Part shown: one piece after another, positions 59,167 to 64,000 of the stretch
How positions within the stretch are numbered: the stretch's first letter is position 1
How the letters are laid out: every line of letters begins with the position of its first letter
Virus record (IMG/VR): IMGVR_UViG_3300025387_000001
From: an uncultured virus (IMG/VR IMGVR_UViG_3300025387_000001)
Lineage: Duplodnaviria > Heunggongvirae > Uroviricota > Caudoviricetes
Length of the DNA stretch: 64,000 nucleotides
Reading direction: 5' to 3' (one strand)
Notes under the pieces: generated by a model
Databases searched by the model: none
What the model was told of the DNA's origin: nothing
What the model saw: the letters and a program-made list of their open reading frames with translations, nothing else
Made by a program: the position numbers and the translations under genes

Positions 59167-59910
59167 TTGAAACATAAAGACCGAGCAAAGTACCGTTCTA
59201 TTTTTATATCCGATGTGCATCTTGGAACCAAATACTCAAACGCAGAACTTCTATTAGAATTCCTAAAATCAACCGAAGCAGACCATTATTACCTTGTAGG
59301 TGATATTATTGACGGTTGGATGATGCGTAAAAAGATTTATTGGCCACAGGCCCATAACAACATTATTCAGTTCTTCCTCAAACAATCCAAAAAGTCAGTC
59401 ACAGTTACCTACGTCACAGGAAACCACGATGAGTTCCTTAGAGAACATTCTGGTATTGTATTCGGAAACATCCAACTTGTGGATGAGGCCATACATTACG
59501 GAGTGGACGGAAAGAAATATATTGTTATTCATGGAGACCAGTTTGATATTGTTACCATGAACGCCAAGTGGCTTGCCTATATCGGCGGAGTGTTGTATGA
59601 TGCTATGATTGGTCTGAATGGTAAGATTCAATGGATCACAAGAACTTTAGGAATACCTGGGTTCTCCTTGTCCGCGTGGGCGAAGCACCACGTAAAAGAG
59701 GCCGTAAACTTTATAGGAGATTATGAAAATGTTGTTGCTGACTATGCTTCTAAAAGACATGCTGATGGCATTGTTTGCGGTCATATCCATTCTTGTTGTA
59801 TTAAGTCTATAGATGGTGTCCAATACATAAACTGCGGTGATTGGGTAGAGTCCTGTACCGCTATTGTTGAACACTATGACGGAACATTTGAGATGAAGGT
59901 ATTTCTATGA
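59167..59910 (+). CDS. Metallophosphoesterase of the PlcP (phospholipase C)/LpxH-like family
   Basis: YRSIFISDVHLG, VGDIIDGW, WPQAHN, GNHDEFLR, IHGDQFD, CGHIH, NCGDWVES. Confidence 0.85.
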   Translation: MKHKDRAKYRSIFISDVHLGTKYSNAELLLEFLKSTEADHYYLVGDIIDGWMMRKKIYWPQAHNNIIQFFLKQSKKSVTVTYVTGNHDEFLREHSGIVFGNIQLVDEAIHYGVDGKKYIVIHGDQFDIVTMNAKWLAYIGGVLYDAMIGLNGKIQWITRTLGIPGFSLSAWAKHHVKEAVNFIGDYENVVADYASKRHADGIVCGHIHSCCIKSIDGVQYINCGDWVESCTAIVEHYDGTFEMKVFL

Positions 59911-60908
59911 AGAATATTACAATCTTTACCGACGCCTGGGAACCTCAAATAAATGGAGTGGTATCAACTCTATCAGCAACCAAAGCAGAACTGGAAAAAA
60001 GAGGACATAAAGTTACAATAGTTCATCCTGGTTTATATAAACTTACCGTACCATTACAACCATCCACTGGAATCTATATGCCATTACTCCCTGCCGGGAT
60101 AGCTGATGACGAAGTTCGCAATGCTGAACATATTCATATATCAACCGAAGGAGCTATAGGCATTGCTGCTAGATACTCTTGTAAAAAATATAAAAAACCT
60201 TTTACAACATCCTACCATACTCGGTATCCGGACTACGCTGAGATACACGCTCGTATACCATCAAAAGTTACTTGGAGATATTTTCGTTGGTTTCATAGAC
60301 CTTCTAGCTCTGTTCTCGTAACCACTCCATCAATGATGGAGTATTGTAAGTCAAATGGTCTGAAGAACCTAAAACTTTGGTCTAGAGGTGTTGATACCTC
60401 GTTATTCTCTCCATCTTTTGATGATGAACAAAAAGAAAAGAATGGTCCTATCAAGGCAGTCTATGTTGGTCGTATATCGGCTGAAAAGAACCTTGAGGCA
60501 TTTTTATCTATCAAGAATGGTTGGATACGCAAGACACTGATTGGTGATGGACCACAACTGGAAGAATACAAAGCAAAGTATCCTAATGTGAACTTTCTTG
60601 GTAAAAAAAATAAGTATGAGATTGCCAATGAGTTGCGTAAGCATGATGTATTTGCCTGGCCTTCTTTGACCGATACATTTGGATTGGTTGTGTTGGAAGG
60701 TATGGCATCAGGTCTTCCTGTTGCGGCATTCCGTAATGATGTAAATGAATATATCATTGAGGATGGTAGGTCTGGTATATTAAAAGATGATGACTTGGAA
60801 GAGGCTATTATCGGTGCCAATATGTTAGATAGAAAGGATGCTGTAGCAAGAGCCAAGACCTTTTCTTGGGAATCCGCTACAGACCAATTTTTGGAGAACT
60901 TGATATGA
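59907..60908 (+). CDS. GT4 glycosyltransferase, Agt-like glycolipid synthase
   Basis: TDAWEPQINGVVSTL, HISTEG.IG, FTTSYHTRYPDY, WSRGVD, SLTDTFGLVVLEGMASGLPVAA. Confidence 0.85.
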   Translation: MKNITIFTDAWEPQINGVVSTLSATKAELEKRGHKVTIVHPGLYKLTVPLQPSTGIYMPLLPAGIADDEVRNAEHIHISTEGAIGIAARYSCKKYKKPFTTSYHTRYPDYAEIHARIPSKVTWRYFRWFHRPSSSVLVTTPSMMEYCKSNGLKNLKLWSRGVDTSLFSPSFDDEQKEKNGPIKAVYVGRISAEKNLEAFLSIKNGWIRKTLIGDGPQLEEYKAKYPNVNFLGKKNKYEIANELRKHDVFAWPSLTDTFGLVVLEGMASGLPVAAFRNDVNEYIIEDGRSGILKDDDLEEAIIGANMLDRKDAVARAKTFSWESATDQFLENLI

Positions 60909-61159
60909 TGAAAACTTTGATTATACTTGCGCAGTTTCACTCCCTAAGTGGAGAACCGGTACATAAGATACCGGCCTTCTCTTGGGAAAATCCTGGATGG
61001 AGTGAAGGTTCTACTGCCTTCAATGTAAGTCCACACCATTTACCTACGGCATCAGCACCGTCATTTGCTCCTTCCTATAGCCCAGGAAATAGTGGTGGAG
61101 GTGGCGGCGGTTCCGTTCCTTCTTCTCGCCTCAATAATGACTTCGGTAATATGGATTGA
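60905..61159 (+). CDS. Hypothetical protein
   Basis: Coupled ORF with SD GGAG. Confidence 0.4.
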   Translation: MMKTLIILAQFHSLSGEPVHKIPAFSWENPGWSEGSTAFNVSPHHLPTASAPSFAPSYSPGNSGGGGGGSVPSSRLNNDFGNMD

Positions 61160-61357
61160 TCTATAAACAGATCATATGACCGTCTCCTGACCCATTTATA
61201 GTTCATTTGATTGTAAACATCGGTTATGCTATTTTTGACATAATAACCGATTATGCTGGAAATAACATAAACAAATGTAAACAGGGTGCGACAATATGTC
61301 GCATTTACACCGTATATTCCTTGTGCTATAATGTAATCATAATGAAAGGAATGTGCT

Positions 61358-61852
61358 ATGCCTAATTGGTGCTCTAATAATCTCTCCCTATCCCATAACG
61401 ATCCGGCTATGATTTCCCGTGCCAAAGCGGCATTTGAGGAAAACAGGTTTTTCCAAGAGTTTGTTCCTCTTCCTGAGGATAAGAAGGATGACTGGTACGA
61501 GTGGCATATTGAGCATTGGGGTACCAAGTGGGATGTTGCCAATGGTTTCATTGGTATGGAATCCGCTAAGGAACTTGATCTAGGTTTTGATACGGCCTGG
61601 TCTCCGCCTATTGCTTTCTATAAGAAAATGGAAGAGTTAGGTTTCACCGTTTCTGCCAGGTACCGTGAGGAATGTATGTGCTTTATTGGTGAGTATGCCA
61701 ACGGTGAAGATGATTGTTATGAGTATGATTTTGCCGATGATGAATGGCGCAATCATCTTCCAGACCATCTTGCCGAAGAGTTGGAGTTTGAGTATGAGTC
61801 CTGGAAAGAATACCAGGAAGAAGAAAAAGCATTTGAGGAGTCCCAAAACTAA
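61358..61852 (+). CDS. DUF1281/YubB ferredoxin-like domain protein
   Basis: MPNWCSN, WYEW...WGTKWDV, FDTAWSPP; promoter TTTACA...TGCTATAAT upstream. Confidence 0.8.
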   Translation: MPNWCSNNLSLSHNDPAMISRAKAAFEENRFFQEFVPLPEDKKDDWYEWHIEHWGTKWDVANGFIGMESAKELDLGFDTAWSPPIAFYKKMEELGFTVSARYREECMCFIGEYANGEDDCYEYDFADDEWRNHLPDHLAEELEFEYESWKEYQEEEKAFEESQN

Positions 61853-62244
61853 TGGCTTTATTACCTGCCTATTACACCACCACTAATCTGCGGAAGCGGA
61901 AGGCCAAGAAACCTTCCAAGTCCGCTATTGCTCACGAGGAATGGTTGATGGCCCAAGGTCTTCATATTTCTCAACTCAAGAAGGCACGTAAGGTAGTGAA
62001 TAGCGTAAAGGATTGTGCTAAGGATATAAAGGTAGAGCGTCCAGACTATGTTTCCGCAGGTATGTCAGGTACTAAGTATGCTTGCGCCAAACGTGGTGTT
62101 ATGACTAATCTACATAAGGAACCTAAGCACGTTCAGGAAGCGATCTTGGCTAAAGCGGCCAGGACCGCTCCCTTATATTCCAAAGGACCTTATCAACTTA
62201 TAACTGATGGTGCGTCTTTATCGGAAATCGGCAAAAAAATGTAA
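61852..62244 (+). CDS. Conserved phage hypothetical protein
   Basis: Basic ORF ending APLYSKGPYQLIT. Confidence 0.55.
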   Translation: MALLPAYYTTTNLRKRKAKKPSKSAIAHEEWLMAQGLHISQLKKARKVVNSVKDCAKDIKVERPDYVSAGMSGTKYACAKRGVMTNLHKEPKHVQEAILAKAARTAPLYSKGPYQLITDGASLSEIGKKM

Positions 62245-62253
62245 GGTGGCACG

Positions 62254-62580
62254 ATGACTGACTATACAGACCTTGTCCATATATTGCGACAACTTAACCT
62301 AAAATATGGTGATATGGCGGCCGCCGCTATTGAGGCGCAAGCAAAGCGTATTGAGGAACTAGAGGCTTCTATTGATAAAAACGACGAATGGGCAAAGTGG
62401 TTTATTGAGAAAACTGACGCCCGTATTGTTGAACTAGAGGCAGCGTTAAAGCCGTTTGCTGATAAGGCAACAGCTTGCGAACAAAGATACTCTGACTTCG
62501 CCCCAGAGGATGACCGCACGTTTGCTTTTACGCTTGGCGACCTACGCCGAGCCCGTAAGGTATTGGGAGAGAAGGAATGA
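62254..62580 (+). CDS. Small paralogous-array protein
   Basis: AAAIEAQAKRIEELE, RIVELEAALKPFA, GDLRRARKVLGEKE. Confidence 0.7.
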   Translation: MTDYTDLVHILRQLNLKYGDMAAAAIEAQAKRIEELEASIDKNDEWAKWFIEKTDARIVELEAALKPFADKATACEQRYSDFAPEDDRTFAFTLGDLRRARKVLGEKE

Positions 62581-62855
62581 CTGACTACTCAGACATTGTG
62601 TGGGTGTTACGGCGGAAAGCGCAATTTGATGTTCATCCATTGTCTTTGAACGCCCAGATAATGAATAAATCCGCCGACGCTATTGAGGCGCAAGCAAATA
62701 GGATTGCTGAACTAGAAGCGGCGCTGGAACCGTTTGCTGAACAATCCGAATTTATTGATGATGACAATGACTCTTTACTCAACGGGTTATGTTCACCTAT
62801 AATGAGTAAAAAAGATTTTTTTACCGCCAGTAAGGTATTGGGAGAAAAGGAATGA
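62577..62855 (+). CDS. Small paralogous-array protein
   Basis: ADAIEAQANRIAELEAALEPFA, KVLGEKE. Confidence 0.7.
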   Translation: MTDYSDIVWVLRRKAQFDVHPLSLNAQIMNKSADAIEAQANRIAELEAALEPFAEQSEFIDDDNDSLLNGLCSPIMSKKDFFTASKVLGEKE

Positions 62856-63130
62856 CTGAGATAACATTGCTTGAACGACTGCGCCTTGGACATACTACAA
62901 GCGCAATGAAAATGCTTGGAGAAGCCGCCGACACTATTGAAGCACAATCCTCGGAAATAGATTTTTGGAAAGACCGTATGCGTGAAGCACTCAAAACGAT
63001 AAAAGAAAATGTCGACCGAATTGCTGAACTGGAAAGAGAACTGGATAAACATAGGCAGGCGTTAGTGTTTATACAATCTAAGGCACAAGACATTCTAAGA
63101 CCAATACCATTCCAAGATGAGGAGAACTAA
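62852..63130 (+). CDS. Small paralogous-array protein
   Basis: AADTIEAQ, RIAELE. Confidence 0.65.
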   Translation: MTEITLLERLRLGHTTSAMKMLGEAADTIEAQSSEIDFWKDRMREALKTIKENVDRIAELERELDKHRQALVFIQSKAQDILRPIPFQDEEN

Positions 63131-63131
63131 G

Positions 63132-63377
63132 ATGAAGGTATCTGTTGACCTGGATATTGAACTAAACGATAGCCAAAAAGATGAAATCGTAGTGGAGTCA
63201 CTAAAAGACGCCTATCGTATCAACTGTGAGCCTGATAAGTATGATTGTTCGGATGAGACGATTCCTCCGGATGATGAGTTCCTAAATGCTCTTGATTTGG
63301 TTATAAACTACTTTTCTACCAATGACCAATACCAAGAATGGATAGTAAAGAAGATGGAATTGAGGGAAAAGAAATGA
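63132..63377 (+). CDS. Hypothetical protein (similar to 63574)
   Basis: SD GGAG; IVVESLKDAY...QYQEWI. Confidence 0.55.
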   Translation: MKVSVDLDIELNDSQKDEIVVESLKDAYRINCEPDKYDCSDETIPPDDEFLNALDLVINYFSTNDQYQEWIVKKMELREKK

Positions 63378-63577
63378 GTGACGAACAGGTTGATGCCTTA
63401 GAAGAAGAACTTGCGGTAGCTAAGGCCCGTATTGCTGAACTAGAGGCGGCGCTGAAACCGTTTGCTGAAAAATACACTGAGTTCTTAGATGACGGCTATA
63501 GCAGCTTAGACCACGCATTTGTTTCAGTTGGCGACCTACGCCAAGCTCGTAAGGTATTAGGAGAGAAGAAAGAATGA
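63374..63577 (+). CDS. Small paralogous-array protein
   Basis: ARIAELEAALKPFA, GDLRQARKVLGEKKE. Confidence 0.7.
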   Translation: MSDEQVDALEEELAVAKARIAELEAALKPFAEKYTEFLDDGYSSLDHAFVSVGDLRQARKVLGEKKE

Positions 63578-63774
63578 AAATGGACCTTGATGATGGTATG
63601 ATATCCGGGATAGTCGTTCAGGACTTACAAGGATACTATGAGATTATGATAAACAATCCAGAAGAGGATGGTGTCTGTCAGGCTATTGAGAGAGTGCTTA
63701 GAGATTATATGTCTCGCTACGATTACAATCTCTGGATAGATAAAATGGGAATAACAGGAGAGAAGGATGACTGA
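63574..63774 (+). CDS. Hypothetical protein (similar to 63132)
   Basis: IVVQDLQGYY...DYNLWI. Confidence 0.55.
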   Translation: MKMDLDDGMISGIVVQDLQGYYEIMINNPEEDGVCQAIERVLRDYMSRYDYNLWIDKMGITGEKDD

Positions 63775-64000
63775 TATTGTTGAGCGGATAAAATCTTGGG
63801 ACAGATGCTATCCTGGTAATATTAATGTTGAGACTGCTGTTGATGACGCAACCAATGAAATCACTCGCCTCCGTAAATACGAGGAAATGGTTAGGTTTAT
63901 CGCCAATGACTATCATGAACTATCATACGATAAGGCACAATGGCAACGTGATGATTGGAAAAAGCGTTGTGAAAAACTTATTCGGGAAGATATATTGACC
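63767..64000 (+). CDS. Hypothetical protein, partial (runs off the window)
   Basis: MTDIVERIK... open to the end of the window, SD GGAG. Confidence 0.55.
   Translation, partial: MTDIVERIKSWDRCYPGNINVETAVDDATNEITRLRKYEEMVRFIANDYHELSYDKAQWQRDDWKKRCEKLIREDILT

Noticed and set aside
62254..63780. CRISPR-like array
   Set aside because: The repeats are degenerate, irregularly spaced and in-frame parts of coding sequences; no cas genes are present.
534..63916. Numerous 60-180-aa minus-strand and alternate-frame ORFs in the track (e.g. 8850-9179, 16183-16524, 37543-37989, 41099-41638, 60461-60940, 61075-61551)
   Set aside because: They shadow well-supported + strand genes and show no recognisable motifs; only 23422-23982 is a credible minus-strand gene.
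1..64000. Stop-codon reassignment
   Set aside because: Core genes are full-length under the standard code, and TAA, TAG and TGA all end genes at expected positions.

Overview
A 64-kb segment of a large T4-like myophage; the host is possibly an alphaproteobacterium, which is an inference from the gene content. Almost all genes are on the + strand. The order is: neck/tail/packaging/head genes (gp13-gp23), gp3-uvsY-uvsW, gp55, gp47-gp46, a CobT/CobS-like VWA+AAA pair, dNMP kinase, gp45-gp44-gp62-regA, dUTPase, Hsp20, a ~10-kb sugar/lipid-modification cluster, then an array of small paralogous early genes. About ten free-standing homing-endonuclease-type ORFs are interspersed. The most striking unexplained signal is a ~70-80-nt cassette in five copies (25152, 28040, 29555, 40587, 45266) in front of unrelated endonuclease-type ORFs. 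It has covarying helices and is bounded by convergent late-promoter motifs (TAAATA...TATTTA). Its plus-strand mismatches are almost all A-C, i.e. G-U on the minus strand, which suggests an antisense structured RNA. Other highlights: terminase gp17 fractured by an atypically split intein with a GIY-YIG gene between the halves; a cytochrome P450; a plcP-agt-like lipid-remodelling pair; a tRNA-Gly-like RNA with a shrunken anticodon arm; and a probable ATC start for gp14. All assignments come from reading motifs and synteny; no searches were run.
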